Source: Octopus vulgaris (taxonomy: Eukaryota). Taken from it: a DNA stretch of 64,000 nt. Under the pieces are notes generated by a model. That model ran no database searches, was not told where the DNA came from, and was given only the letters and a program-made list of their open reading frames with translations. Shown here in pieces: positions 12,000 through 25,824 of the stretch (position 1 is the first letter of the stretch; each line of letters starts with the position of its first letter). Location: the NCBI GenBank assembly GCA_951406725.2, contig OX597831.1, positions 43,276,001 to 43,340,000 on the forward strand, given 5' to 3'. The position numbers and the translations under genes were made by a program.

Positions 12000-14900
12000 T
12001 CCAATAGTTTCTCACAAATGCACAAAACTCGAAAATTCCTTCCGAAATAGATGGGTTGAATGCAGTAAATGTCGTGTTTCGATCTGCTTTCAAAGCGCCT
12101 CAAACTTTCAAAAGATCCCAGGTCAAAAGAAAGGACACCATACTTCTATGATGGATAGACTCTGGGAAATGGTCCAGCTACCAAACTGGTCGTTTCAGTG
12201 CCTGACTTGTGTGTCCCCTGCTACCATTGATGCTGAACAGCAACAACAAAATCCGACAACCGTGTCTTCCGCTGCCATTGCTGCTGAACAGCAAAAACTG
12301 ACTACTTTGTCTCCCCAAACCAGTCCTGTTGATGAAGAACAACAGCAAAAATTAAAGCCGCCCGTGTCTTCCTCCCCTGTCATTCTTCAACATCAGCAAA
12401 AAAAATCGGCCATTTCTGTTGAAGAACATCAACAAAAACAGAAACTTAAGCCGCCTGTGTCTTCCTCCCCTATTGCTCTTCGTCAACAAAAATTGATCAT
12501 TCCAGTCGAAGTACACCAGCAGGAATAAAAGCCAACCATGCCCTCCTCTCCCGATACTTCTCAACTAAAGCAAAAATCGACCATCAGCACAGAAGTTGCG
12601 GAAATTTGACAAATGATTTCTGCTTTAAGTCGCGAAATAGCAGGAATCAAAACCAGCGTCTGTGCGAAACCTCACAGCGAGGGTTCGTATCAGAGTGCCT
12701 TGCTCAGCAACTTACCTGTAGCTCGTACGGAACCTAAACGCATCGAGGAAGTTGCTGAATCAACCACTCATGAGGTAATTGCCATCGGATTGCCGGAAGA
12801 TGTGGTAGATCTGCAGGCTTTCACTGGAAACACCTCTAAGGACCTCAGCTGTGTTCCTCCAAAAAGTGCTTTCCGCCTTGGCCGACCAGCATCCAAACCC
12901 AGACTGATCAGGATGATGTTTTCAAACTCTACTGAGGCGCGGGCATACCTTCAGGCTGCTGATAGGGCTCGGCGCGAAAACAGAATCACCTTTAAGACAT
13001 GCCCTGGCCTACCACCTGATGTGCGCCCAAAGCTAAGATCTGTAGCTTCCCTAAATCGCAACTCTGTGGTACAGGAAAGCTTTAGCCTACGCGATGATGG
13101 ACAAATATGTAAATTTATAAAGTCTCGTGAGTCGAGGATAAGGGATACCAGTTGGACTGAGCAAACTGCACCCACAACAACAACTGGCAATACAAAAATC
13201 TTGGGAAATTAACCAAGAACAATCAGCCATCCCTTGTATATCATCGCCATCTGAAATCCAGATACAAACTGCTGTCCTTGAATGCTTGTAGTTTATGCAA
13301 CAAGGTACATCTTTTTGACACTTACGTCAAAAGTATCGACCCAAATTTCATCACAGTCATGGAAAACATGGGCACATTTTGCACTCTGTGATGGGGTTTT
13401 CAGCGTAACCGGCTACAACCTGTTCCGCAAAGACCGCATTAATCGCCGTGGAGGGGGTGGTTTATGTTCGATCAAATCTATTGGCAATCCCTTGTGATGA
13501 TTTGAACCAATCTCAGCAGGAAGTATTTTTCTGCGATATACACATGACCATGTCAACACTTCTGCTTGGAGTTATTTACCGCCCCCCAAATTATCGTCAA
13601 GACACACAACATTTTTATATTCTCAGAGCTGCTGCCATGAAAACAGCCACTTATATTTTATATTGCGGAGGACTTCAATTTCCCTGAGATTGACTGGGAG
13701 GCTTTCCGTTGGCTGCAAAGTGCAGACGATTTCCTTGAACTGGTGCTGAATTCAAATTGGTCCCAATTCGTTACCTCCCCCACAAGGAGTAACAACACTT
13801 TGGATCTGCTACTTACTGCTTCTCCTGAAACAATTCTTAGTGTCACTACTGAAGAACCTTTAGGTGACTCTGATCATTCCATGATCATGGCCGACTTGTC
13901 TCTGATTGGTTGTAACAAAAACCACAACCATCTTCAAACTGCCTGCTTTGACTGGAATAAAACAGACTGGAGCTCTTATTGTACTGAGATGCAACGCCCA
14001 AACTGACTCGAATTTTATACCTCTGGAGATGTGAACACAATTCTGAATTCAATATGGGCGGCATGTGCAGCATCAGTACCACGCAAGCACAAAAAACCAC
14101 CCAATAATGCAATTTGGGAAACTGCAGCAGTCCGACTTGCTAGGAAAGGACGCCGTAATGCTGAACAGGAATACAAATTGCACAACTCAGAGATCAACAG
14201 GAAAAAGCGCAATTGATCAGCCAACCACCTCAAGCAGGTGACAGAAAAGGCAGTGCTTGAATTCGAACAATGCATAGCAACCAACCCTGATAGCAAAGTG
14301 TTCTGGAAGTATGTACACTCAAAGCAGAGACCTCACTCTCCAGTTGGTCCCCATCGCAATCCCCACACAGGGCAGATTACTGGCAATCCCAAAGAATGTG
14401 CAGAAATCATTGCTGGATGCTATGCAAGCATCTTTACTGTCGAAGATCAAAATGTTCCATCTCCATCACCTCTGACACCGGACTCTATATCTACAATGAA
14501 ATTTACACCAGCAATGCTGCAACGCCACCTTAGAATAAATGCAATTATGCCTCTCCTGGTTTCGATGGTGTTACATACCTACTTCTCAAACGCAGTGGGT
14601 ACTTTCTTCTAAACCAACTTTCTATATCTATTATGAAATTTACACCAGCAATGCTGCAACGCCACCTTAGAATAAATGCAACTATGCCTCTCCTGGTCTC
14701 GATGGTGTTACATACCTACTTCTCAAACGCAGTGGGTACTTTCTTCTAAACCAACTTTCTATATTCTTCCAATTCTATTTTGACAATGGTGTTACTCCAG
14801 AGCAGTGGAAAGCTGCCAGTGTTATCCCTCTGTTAAAAAAAGGTGACCGCACATCGCCTGTCAACTATCGCCCAGTTAGTCTTACTAGCTGCATCGCCAA

Positions 14901-15886
14901 ACTGATGGAATCCTGTGTCAGGGAAACCCTCTGGAACTTCTGGAAGTCTTGCAGCCTCATCCAGCCGTCACAATTTGGATTTATTCCTAACTCCAGCTGC
15001 TGTAATCAACTCATCTATTTTCTTGAGGACATTACCCAAATCACTGATCGCGGATCCTGGGTGGATGCTGTTTACCTGGACTTTGCTAAGGCTTTTAACT
15101 CTGTGCCACACAAAAGACTTATGGTGAAACTCTCTGCGGTGGGTGTAAGAGACGATCTCAATAACTGGTTAAAGTCCTTTATTATCGGCCGAAAAGAGGT
15201 TGTCACAGTTCTAGGACAGCACTCTTCACCCTAAGAGATGACTTCTGGTGTACCACAGGGATCTGTTCTTGGCCCCCTTTTTTTGTTGCATATGTTAATG
15301 ACATAGATGCCAACTTAACGAATGCCACAGTGCTGAAATATGCAGATGACATCAAGCTGTACCTCCAAATAAAAGGTCAGATCCTGTATTCTATAGATCT
15401 CAACTGCAATCAGACCTGGACACAATGCAGCAGTGGATCATGGACTGGCAACTCAAGCTGGCTGTGAACAAATGTACCACCATGCATTTTGGGAGGAAAA
15501 ACCCAGCGTCTACTTACTCTCTCCACAACACTAATCTCAAAAAGTTTTCGTGTGAACGCGACCTGGGTGTTATTGTCGACAGCGATTTGCGTTGGACAAA
15601 ACACTTCGCTAAAATTGCCAAGAAGGCTGAGGGTGTCTTGGCATCATTCACCAAGTCCTTTGTGAGCTGCTCCCCGGCTATCTATCTGCGGCTTTATATA
15701 GCTATGGTACGACCTCACCTGGAATTTGCATCACCGGTATGGAACCCCTATCTTGCCCAGGATATTAATCGTCTGGAAGCCGTTCAGCGACGTGCAACCA
15801 AGAGAATACCCTCCATCAGGCATTTGACATATTCTGAACGCCTTACTTCCCTGGGCATGGACACACTGAAACTCCGACGTCTGGCA
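12000..15886 (+). mobile_element. Degenerate CR1-clade LINE (ORF1 with PHD-like Cys cluster; ORF2 EN-RT), 3'-truncated
   Basis: ORF1 WVECSKC, FQCLTC, FRLGRPASKPRLI; EN GYNLFRKDR, LGVIYRPP, PTRSNNTLDLL, LGDSDH; RT NYRPVSLTS, VDAVYLDFAKAF, SGVPQGSVLGP, YADD; C-terminal VRPHLEFASPVWNPY; many stops and frameshifts. Confidence 0.9.
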
Positions 15887-16175
15887 ACAGGAAACAGGAA
15901 AGCTGGCAACTATCAAGAGATTGTGGAGGAGCTGCTCCTGAGTTTGCAAGCACTTGGATGTAGAATGCGCATAAACTGCGCTACTTAGACAATCACTCGA
16001 GTGAGTTTCCAGATAACCTGGGTGGTGTTAGCAAAGAACAAGGTGAACACTTTCATCAAGATGTAAAAGTAATGGAAGAACGCTACCAAGGCCAATCGGA
16101 CTCAAACATGATGGCAGATTACCGATCGAGCTTGATGAGAGATATTCCAGAAATTGTACACAAGACCTGAATTCT
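15887..16175 (+). mobile_element. Chapaev3-like transposase C-terminal fragment
   Basis: GNRKAGNYQEIVEELLLSLQALGCRM / FPDNLGGVSKEQGEHFHQDVKVMEERYQG..NMMADY. Confidence 0.65.
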
Positions 16176-16988
16176 GAAAATTCTATGGAATTTGAAAGGA
16201 AAATATTTGTATAACAAAGTGGTTTACTTTTCGATGGGGAAGTATACAGTTAGTTAACCCTATAGCGGGCCTCACACTCAAACGCAAGCCTAGAATGTCT
16301 CATCGGTGGCGAGAAGGTTCTGGGAAACTTCAACGATGTGAAGGAGGATATGGAGGTTGAATTGCAATGTGGTCAAAAAATCAAGAAAGGATTTGAGGGC
16401 ACAGACCCGCACGGGGCGAAGTTGAAAATATAAACAGACTTGGAATTTAATAATCCTAGGTTGATTAAGTTAATTGTTAAGAGATGGTTATTGTTATCGA
16501 ATGACATTTGTCAATAAGCAATCAAAATTAGCGTCTTCCACTGTAAGTTTCACCAAAGCAACATTAGCTGTTTCACCTTTCGCTCTTATGCTTCCTCTCC
16601 GATAAACATTTCTACCTGTTTACTGTAGAAATTACCTTCTTATGTTTAAAAGGAAACTTGTAATATAGCAACAAGGAATAGCATGCATAAACATACGAGT
16701 AATAATTTACATGAAACAAACAATAAACGAATATAAATTAACAACGACACTCTTGTGGAAGAAAATATCAAATATATTCATCTACAAAAATATACAAAAG
16801 ATTTTAAAACTTCTTTTACAAAATGTCAATAGGATGGATGAATAAATAATGAATGTTCACAATGTCATTGAGCTGATACGAATGAGACTAATTTTTAAAA
16901 TCACATAAAGTGATGTAGTATGAAAAGAGTACTGAGTAATAGATATATCACAGTATTTCATCAAATGTTTGTATGAATGAATAAGATA

Positions 16989-18896
16989 TTAGTCCATTTC
17001 TTCAATCGTAGGACCACTGGACGTTTGCGATGTGCAAGGATTATTGTTAGAAGACGACGATGTGTGTAGTTTGGACATGATAGGAGAGCAAATTTTCTGT
17101 GCTTCCTGAAGTCTGTAGGTAAATTCGTCTGTGTCTGCTAGACTGTTGTTGTCTATCCACTGTAATGTTTGGTCACACATTTCCACTGCTTGCTTCTTAT
17201 CTTGCTCGGACAGTTTGCCGTTATCTTCATTGACTGCTTGTTTCACACTGAATATGTAATGCTCCAACTGGTTTCTAGCTGCAACACGTTGGCGTTGCTT
17301 TTCGTCTTCTGCCTCGTATTGTTTAGCTTCGTTGAGCATTCTTTCGATTTCCTCTTTGCTCAAACGACCTTTGTCGTTGGTGATGGTAATTTTGTTGCTT
17401 TTGCCGGTGCTTTTGTCGACAGCAGAAACGTTGAGTATTCCATTGGCATCCATATCGAAGGAGACTTCTATTTGAGGCACGCCTCTGGGAGCTGGTGGAA
17501 TGCCAGTCAAGTCGAAACGTCCGAGGCAGTTGTTGTCTTTTGTCATTGCTCTTTCTCCTTCGAATACCTGAATAGAAACAGCCGGCTGGTTATCTGAATA
17601 CGTAGTGAATACGTTGGATGCCTTACACGGTATTCTGCTGTTACGCTCGATAAGTTTGGTCATCACACCACCAGCCGTTTCGATTCCAAGAGATAACGGT
17701 GCTACATCTACAAGTAGTACGTCTTTGATGCAATCGCTCGCGTCTCCAGACAGAACAGCAGCTTGTACGGCAGCTCCGTAGGCGACAGCTTCGTCTGGGT
17801 TGATGGATTTGTTGATGGTCTTTCCTTGCATGAAGTCGGCAAGTAATTTCTGGATCTTGGGAATGCGTGTCGATCCACCGACCAACACGATGTCGTCGAT
17901 GCGGGATTTATCGAGTTTGGCGTCTCGCAGAGCTTTCTCAACTGGTTCTAGAGTCGATCGGAAGAGGTCACTGCAAAGATCCTCGAAGCGTGCTCTGGTA
18001 ATCTTCGAGTGAAAATCAATGCCTTCATACAGAGAATCCAGCTCTACTGAAGCTTCTGAACTGCTCGATAGGGTTCGTTTTGCCCGTTCACATGCAGTAC
18101 GCAGACGTCTGATAGAGCGTGGGCTTTGTTTCAGATTTTTCTTGTGTTTACGCTTGAATTCTTCGACAAAGTAGTCAACGAGCCGGTTGTCGAAGTCTTC
18201 TCCTCCGAGATGTGTGTCGCCAGCTGTAGCTTTCACCTCGAAAAGAGATCCTTGGTCGATTGTGAGGATGGAAACATCGAATGTACCACCGCCCAAGTCG
18301 AAGATCAGAACGTTCTTCTCACCAGATAAGTTTTTCTCGAGACCGTAGGCGAGTGCGGCGGCCGTTGGTTCGTTGACAATTCTCAACACATTCAAACCAG
18401 CTATACTAGCTGCATCTTTCGTCGCCTGTCTCTGAGAGTCGTTAAAGTAAGCTGGCACCGTTACTACTGCGTCTTTCACTTTACAGCCCAGGTACGACTC
18501 GGCTGTCTCCTTCATTTTACTCAATACCATCGAGCTAATCTCTTCGGCCGAGAACTGCTTTTGCTCTCCCTTGTACTCCACTTGTACATGTGCTTTGTTA
18601 CCGTTTGTGTTCACCACTCGGAATGGCCAATATTTCATGTCGCTTTGTACGGACGTATCGTTAAAGTGACGTCCAATTAAACGTTTAGCATCGAACACCG
18701 TGTTCTCAGGGTTGAGGGCCGCTTGGTTTTTCGCTGCATCACCCACCAGCCTTTCGGCATCGGTGAAAGCCACATAGCTTGGTGTTGTCCTGTTTCCCTG
18801 ATCGTTGGCAATAATTTCCACTTTACCGTGTTGAAACACACCTACACAAGAATAGGTTGTTCCCAGATCGATTCCGATAGCAGGTGCTTTTACCAT
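16989..18896 (-). CDS. hsp70: Inducible-type cytosolic Hsp70, copy 2 (635 aa, ends EEMD)
   Basis: Intact ORF nearly identical to copy 1. Confidence 0.98.
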   Translation of the reverse strand: MVKAPAIGIDLGTTYSCVGVFQHGKVEIIANDQGNRTTPSYVAFTDAERLVGDAAKNQAALNPENTVFDAKRLIGRHFNDTSVQSDMKYWPFRVVNTNGNKAHVQVEYKGEQKQFSAEEISSMVLSKMKETAESYLGCKVKDAVVTVPAYFNDSQRQATKDAASIAGLNVLRIVNEPTAAALAYGLEKNLSGEKNVLIFDLGGGTFDVSILTIDQGSLFEVKATAGDTHLGGEDFDNRLVDYFVEEFKRKHKKNLKQSPRSIRRLRTACERAKRTLSSSSEASVELDSLYEGIDFHSKITRARFEDLCSDLFRSTLEPVEKALRDAKLDKSRIDDIVLVGGSTRIPKIQKLLADFMQGKTINKSINPDEAVAYGAAVQAAVLSGDASDCIKDVLLVDVAPLSLGIETAGGVMTKLIERNSRIPCKASNVFTTYSDNQPAVSIQVFEGERAMTKDNNCLGRFDLTGIPPAPRGVPQIEVSFDMDANGILNVSAVDKSTGKSNKITITNDKGRLSKEEIERMLNEAKQYEAEDEKQRQRVAARNQLEHYIFSVKQAVNEDNGKLSEQDKKQAVEMCDQTLQWIDNNSLADTDEFTYRLQEAQKICSPIMSKLHTSSSSNNNPCTSQTSSGPTIEEMD

Positions 18897-19124
18897 TCTT
18901 CTTCCTTTTTCTATTGTTCGCTCAAAATTTCCAGTATAAAAGTTGAGAAATTCTTTCTTTCTTCTTTATCTCTTGCTCGTCTTGTTTGTATTTCAGTTGT
19001 GCCAGTAGAATATATAAATGTATTATATGTGAATGAGTGTTGCTTCAATGTATGTATAACTGAAAGAAATGTTTCGCAGCCGAGACTCTTGTCTCGAGTT
19101 GTTTACAGTCGTGCTTCTGTAGAA

Positions 19125-19274
19125 TCTGATTGACAAGCTGTGTGAGCAATGCCATATATATAGTGGAGAGTAACGCCCCCTTCCCACTGTGACGTCATTA
19201 CCAGAGTTTACGAGGCATTTCGATATTGTTCTACCAGGTGCTACAAGTATTCTGGTAACGTTCCAGATGTTTCC
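19125..19274 (-). promoter_or_regulatory. Hsp70 copy 2 promoter: CRE 19190-19197, TATA, and a disrupted HSE at 19249-19274
   Basis: aTTCt gGTAAc gTTCc aGATg tTTCc: a 1-bp insertion plus GAA>GAT relative to copies 1 and 3. Confidence 0.85.
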
Positions 19275-19804
19275 TTTTAATTCCATTAGCTTATTTTACA
19301 TATAGAAGTGGATTTGTATAGGATATTTGCTCATAATTTGTGTTTTTTAGTAGAACAACTCTGTTTCATGGATGAATATTGCCGTCGTACCAAATAATAA
19401 ACACCGTCGTTCACGTACTGTTGCTATTTATCGCTTCTCGCAACTTTTATCGTTGTTTTGATAAGTTTTCTTGGTTTGAAATATTTTGTGTTGCACAATG
19501 TTTATGTTTTTAGATGGAAGTGCTACTATTTCAAACAAATTCGCATTTTCATTTCAGGACTTTTAAACTATCGACGACTTTAACATTACCATACTCATTA
19601 GAAATGAAAGTCATCATTTAAAGAAAGACGACATTTATGTACATTTGAACATTTATTCCTTGATAAAGAAAGTTTTACAAAGAGTTCGGATACTCATATA
19701 TCGCACAAATCTGTACTCGAAGAAAATATACAGTTAAAATGCAAAGGCGTTTCTATAGTTATTGGTAAAGACTAGCGGCGATGGTTATTGGCATCCAGGG
19801 AGAT

Positions 19805-19976
19805 ATCATCATCATCATCATTGTTCGACCGTGGTCGAGACAATGGAATTTACCATGCTACGCCAGACTTCACGGTCCATCATGGCATTACGGAGGTCCT
19901 GTTGCTGGATGCCTGTATCCCTGGAGATTACATCAGGGTAGGAGAGTGTGCGCCCTCTGGTATTGCGAGTATAGCT
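19805..19976 (-). mobile_element. 5'-truncated RTE-like LINE 3' end with (TGA)n tail
   Basis: Minus frame ...RGRTLSYPDVISRDTG..DLRNAMMDREVWRSMV followed by TGATGATGATG; absent from the equivalent site near 9908. Confidence 0.75.
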
Positions 19977-19986
19977 GGGAGGTATA

Positions 19987-20210
19987 GCTGGCGAGCTGGC
20001 AGAAACGTTAGCGCGCTGGGCGAAATGCTTAACGGTATTTCGTCTGCCGCTACGTTCTGAGTTCAAATTCTTTGACTTTGCATTTCATCCTTTCGGGGTC
20101 GATTAAATAAGTACCATTTACGCACTCGGGTCGATATAATCGACTTAATCCGTTTGTTAGTCCTTGTTTGTCCTCTCTGTGTTTAGCCCCTTGTGAGCAA
20201 TAAAGAAATA
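19987..20210 (+). mobile_element. tRNA-derived SINE (duplicate of 9915-10145)
   Basis: Near-identical sequence with a short internal deletion. Confidence 0.8.
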
Positions 20211-20912
20211 GGTATATCTGGTTTCACTTCATTGCTGACGATGTGTAATAGAGGGGAGTATATGTAACTCGGAATGAAGCACATAAACCAACGACTGAAA
20301 TAGGCATTTTGTATTTATTTTCACATCAATGTTTACTACATTTGCTTTTAAATATCGTTGAATACATTACAGAGTGTGTAGACGGCGATTATAACGAATA
20401 TTAACATGAGGAAATAAATCTGGAGGGCTCATAAACTCACGTATAGACATACGTCACATATATCTACGTATTGAAACATGAAATTACGTAAAAAAAAAAA
20501 AATTTGATGATATTTGCCAGTATATGTGTGTACTGTAAATTATTTACTTTTTTATGCAGATCAGATTCTAATATAATCGTAATTTACACATTCTTGAAAG
20601 TATTTACAGAAAATTTCATTAAAATATTCCAATTAATCTGAAAGTTATGAGAAAACAAATCCAACTGGTGTAAATTTTGTGAAGCACTTCTTCCCACCAA
20701 CAGAAAAAGTTTTCTCAAGAAATTCCTACATAATCAGAATCTACATCATCTGAGGCGTATTTTCAGAAAATTTCATTAGTAAAAATCAGTTTTTCTGGCA
20801 GTTATATGGAAACAGATTGCATGTTTGCATATATATGTAGGAATGCCCACTTATACTTATAAAAATACATGCCTACCTACATGCTTCAATACATGCCTAC
20901 CGACGTGCTTGA

Positions 20913-21138
20913 CTACATACATACATACATACATACATACATACATACATACATACATACATACATACATACATACATACATGCATGCATGCATGCATAC
21001 ATACATACATACATACATACATACATACATGCATGCATGCATACATACATACATACGCACGCACGCACACACACACACATACATACATACATACATAATA
21101 CCTGCATAATACAAACTTACATACATACATACATACAT

Positions 21139-21175
<37 letters not shown>

Positions 21176-21197
21176 TAGACATAAATACATACATACA
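20913..21197. repeat. Compound (TACA)n/(CAGA)n microsatellite
   Basis: Direct reading. Confidence 0.95.
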
Positions 21198-22064
21198 TTC
21201 GTTCATCAAAGCTGACAAACATACAATCTTAGGTACAGGTGTACTAAAGAATTTTACTTACAAACCGAGACAATCTTTCATTGAATGTATACGAAAAGAA
21301 TAGCGCCGGATATTATTCAGCTCGCCAAAAGTCAAAATTCCTTGGAATTAATATCAGTGAAGCATCGTAGCTTGCGATTTCGCAAACAGTAAAACACGGA
21401 TTGCATATGTGGGTGATTTTACCTCGAGTCTTCTCAATAATCTTTCACTTTAACATTTTCCTAACTATTTAAGTGATTTATTGTTAAAAGTGTATCTTTA
21501 TGAAGCATAGTTTTAAATTTTTCAAAATAAACTTAAAACTAGGAAAATACGGAAAGAGTATAGGAATAAACTGAAAGACAAGTACCCTCTTCTTTTGTAT
21601 CTTCATACGCGATGCTTAAACAGTACTCATCTAAGTGCATAATTTCTTCTAGCATACTGTGTAATTTCCCACTCTATTCTGTAGGTTTGCTCCTCTCCCA
21701 AGTATGGTTGGTTCCTTGAAGAAAGTTTATAGCCTAAAATTCCTTATAATAAACTTTGGCATTTCAGACAAAGTGTTAGAAGATGCTTAGGTACCTATCC
21801 ATTATTTATAAAATATAAGGTTTATGGTCACGCCTGTGTCAGCGGAGCCTTTCAGCATTTTTGGCTTCCAGACCATATCCCTTCTCACAGATATCGGGAC
21901 GGGGATAGCTGTCCGAAAGTATAAGTCCCGTGAGATGAATGGCTTTTTCAGCTCATCTGCCTCTCCATCCGTCGAGGCAACACGTTTTCCATTTTGTGTG
22001 AAGTACTCAGGGAGGTAACTTGTGACAACATTTAAGCGTAGATTTTATTCATGAGTTAATTCGT

Positions 22065-25000
22065 CATCGAATAGTTTCTCACAAATGCACAAGACTCGAA
22101 AATTCCTTCCGAAATAGATGGGTTGAATGCAGTAAATGTGTTTCGATCTGCTTTCAAAGTGCCACAAACTTTCAAAAGATCCCAGGTCAAAAGAAAGGAC
22201 ACCATACTTCTATGATGGACAAACTCTGGGAAATGGTCCAGCTACCAAGCTGGTCGTTTCAGTGCCTGACTTGTGTGTCCCCTGCTACCATTGATGCTGA
22301 ACAGCAACAACAAAATCCGACAACCGTGTCTTCCGCTGTCATTGCTGCTCAACAGCAAAAACTGACTACTTTGTCTCCTCAAACCAGTCCTGTTGATGAA
22401 GAACAACAGCAACAATTAAAGCCGCCCGTGTCTTCCTCCCCTGTCATTCTTCAACATCAGCAAAAAAATCGGCCATTTCTGTTGAAGAACATCAACAAAA
22501 ACAGAAACTTAAGCCGCCTGTGTCTTCCTCCCCTATTGCTCTTCGTCAACAAAAATTGATCATTCCAGTCGAAGTACACCAGCAGGAATAAAAGCCAACC
22601 ATTCCCTCCTCTCCCGATACTTCTCAACTAAAGCAAAAATCGACCATCAGCACAGAAGTTGCGGAAATTTGACAAATGATTTCTGCTTTAAGTCGCGAAA
22701 TAGCAGGAATCAAAACCAGCGTCTGTGCGAAACCTCACAGCGAGGGTTCGTATCAGAGTGCCTTGCTCAGCAACTTACCTGTAGCTCGTACGGAACCTAA
22801 ACGCATCGAGGAAGTTGCTGAATCAACCACTCATGAGGTAATTGCCATCGGATTGCCGGAAGATGTGGTAGATCTGCAGGCTTTCACTGGAAACACCTCT
22901 AAGGACCTCAGCTGTGTTCCTCCAAAAAGTGCTTTCCGCCTTGGCCGACCAGCATCCAAACCCAGACTGATCAGGCTCATGTTTTCAAACTCTACTGAGG
23001 CGCGGGCATACCATCAGGCTGCTGATAGGGCTCGGCGCGAAAACAGAATCACCTTTAAGACATGCCCTGGCCTACCACCTGATGTACGCCCAAAGCTAAG
23101 ATCTGTAGCTTCCCTAAATCGCAACTCTGTGCCACAGGAAAGCTTTAGCCTACGCGATGATGGACAAATATGTAAATTTATCAAGTCTCGTGAGTCGTGG
23201 ATAAGGGATACCAGTTGGACTGAGCAAACTGCACCCACAACAACTACTGGCAATACAAAAACCTTGGGAAATTAACCAAGAACAATCAGCCATCCCTTGT
23301 ATATCATCGCCATCTGAAATCCAGATACAAACTGCTGTCCTTGAATGCTTGTAGTTTATGCAACAAGGTACATCTTTTTGACTCTTACGTCAAAAGTATC
23401 GACCCAGATTTCATCACAGTCACGGAAGCATGGGCACATTTTGCACTCTGTGATGGGGTTTTCAGCGTAACCGGCTACAACCTGTTCCGCAAAGACCGCA
23501 TTAATCGCCGTGGAGGGGGTGGTTTATGTTCGATCAAATCTATTGGCAATCCCTTGTGATGATTTGAACCAATCTCAGCAGGAAGTATTTTTCTGCGATA
23601 TACACATGACCATGTCAACACTTCTGCTTGGAGTTATTTACCGCCCCCCAAATTATCGTCAAGACACACAAGATTTTTATATTCTCAGAGCTGCTGCCAT
23701 GAAAACAGCCACTTATATTTTATATTGCGGGGGACTTCAATTTCCCTGAGATTGACTGGGAGGCTTTCCGTTGGCTGCAAAGTGCAGACGATTTCCTTGA
23801 ACTGGTGCTGAATTCAAATTGGTCCCAATTCGTTACCTCCCCCACAAGGGGTAACAACACTTTGGATCTGCTACTTAATGCTTCTCCTGAAACAATTCTT
23901 AGTGTCACTACTGAAGAACCTTTAGGTGACTCTGATCATTCCATGATCATGGCCGACTTGTCTCTGATTGGTTGTAACAAAAACCACAACCATCTTCAAA
24001 CTGCCCGCTTTGACTGGAATAAAGCAGACTGGAGCTCTTATTGTACTGAGATGCAACGCCCAAACTGACTCGAATTTCATGCCTCTGGAGATGTGAACAC
24101 AATACTTCAGAACATTCTGAATTCAATATGGGCGGCATGTGCAACATCAGTATCACGCAAGGACAAAAAACCACCCAATAGTGCAATTTGGGAAACTGCA
24201 GCAGTCCGACTTGCTAGGAAAGGACGCCGTAATGCTGAACAGGAATACAAATTGCACAACTCAGAGATCAACAGGAAAAAGCGCAATAGATCAGCCAACC
24301 ACCTCAAGCAGGTGACAGAAAATGTAGTGCTTGAATTCGAACAATGCATAGCAACCAACCCTGATAGCAAAGTGTTCTGGAAGTAAGTACACTCAAAGCA
24401 GAGACCTCACTCTCCAGTTGGTTCCCTTCGCAATCCCCACACAGGGCAGATTACTGGCAATCCCAAAGAATGCGCAGAAATCATTGCTGGATGCTATGCA
24501 AGCATCTTTACTGTCGAAGATCAAAATGTTCCATCTCCATCACCTCTGACACCGGACTCTATATCTACAATGAAATTTACACCAGCAATGCTGCGACGCC
24601 ACCTTAGAATAAATGCAATTATGCCTCTCCTGGTTTCGATGGTGTTACATACCTACTTCTCAAACGCAGTGGGTACTTTCTTCTAAACCAACTTTCTATA
24701 TTCTTCCAATTCTATTTTGACAATGGTGTTACTCCAGAGCAGTGGAAAATTGCCAGTGTTATCCCTCTGTTAAAAAAAGGTGACCGCACATCGCCTGTCA
24801 ACTATCGCCCCGTTAGTCTTACTAGCTACATCGCCAAACTGATGGAATCCTGTGTCAGGGAAACCCTCTGGAACTTCTTGAAGTCTTGCAGCCTCATCCA
24901 GCCGTCACAATTTGGATTTATTCCTAACTCCAGCTGCTGTAATCAACTCATCTATTTTCTTGAGGACATTACCCAAATCACTGATCGCGGATCCTGGGTG

Positions 25001-25824
25001 GATGTTGTTTACCTGGACTTTGCTAAGGCTTTTAACTCTGTCCCACACAAAAGACTTATGGTGAAACTCTCTGCGTTGGGTGTAAGAGACGATCTCAATA
25101 ACTGGTTAAAGTCCTTTATTATCGGCCGAAAAGAGGTTGTCACAGTTCTAGGGCAGCACTCTTCACCCTATGAGATGACATCTGGTGTACCACAGGGATC
25201 TGTTCTTGGCCCCCTTTTTTTTGTTGCATATGTTAATGACATAGATGCCAACTTAACGAATGCCACAGTGCTGAAATATGCAGATGACATCAAGCTGTAC
25301 CTCGAAATAAAAGGTCAGATCCTGTACACTATAGATCTCAATTGCAATCAGACCTGGACACAATGCAGCAGTGGATCATGGACTGGCAACTCAAGCTGGC
25401 TGTGAACAAATGTACCACCATGCATTTTGGGAGGAAAAACCCAGCGTCTACTTACTCTCTCCACAACACTAATCTCAAAAAGTTTTCGTGTGAACGCGAC
25501 CTGGGTGTTATTGTCGACAGCGATTTGCGTTGGACAAAACACTTCGCTAAAATTGCCAAGAAGGCTGAGGGTGTCTTGGCATCATTCACCAAGTCCTTTG
25601 TGAGCTGCTCCCCGGCTATCTATCTGCGGCTTTATATAGCTATGGTACGACCTCATCTGGAATTTGCATCACCGGTCTGGAACCCCTATCTTGCCCAGGA
25701 TATTAATCGTCTGGAAGCCGTTCAGCGACGTGCAACCAAGAGAATACCCTCCATCAGGCATTTGACATATTCTGAACGCCTTACTTCCCTGGGCATGGAC
25801 ACACTGAAACTCCGACGTCTGGCA
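22065..25824 (+). mobile_element. Degenerate CR1-clade LINE, segmental duplicate of 12000-15886
   Basis: Same ORF1, EN and RT motifs (NACSLCNK, ITVTEAW, SGVPQGSVLGP, KYADDIK) and the same 3' junction. Confidence 0.9.

Noticed and set aside
12148-12600. Gln/Pro-rich repeated peptide suggesting a host gene
   Set aside because: Lies between the PHD-like and RLG motifs of the CR1 ORF1 and is frameshifted differently in the two copies
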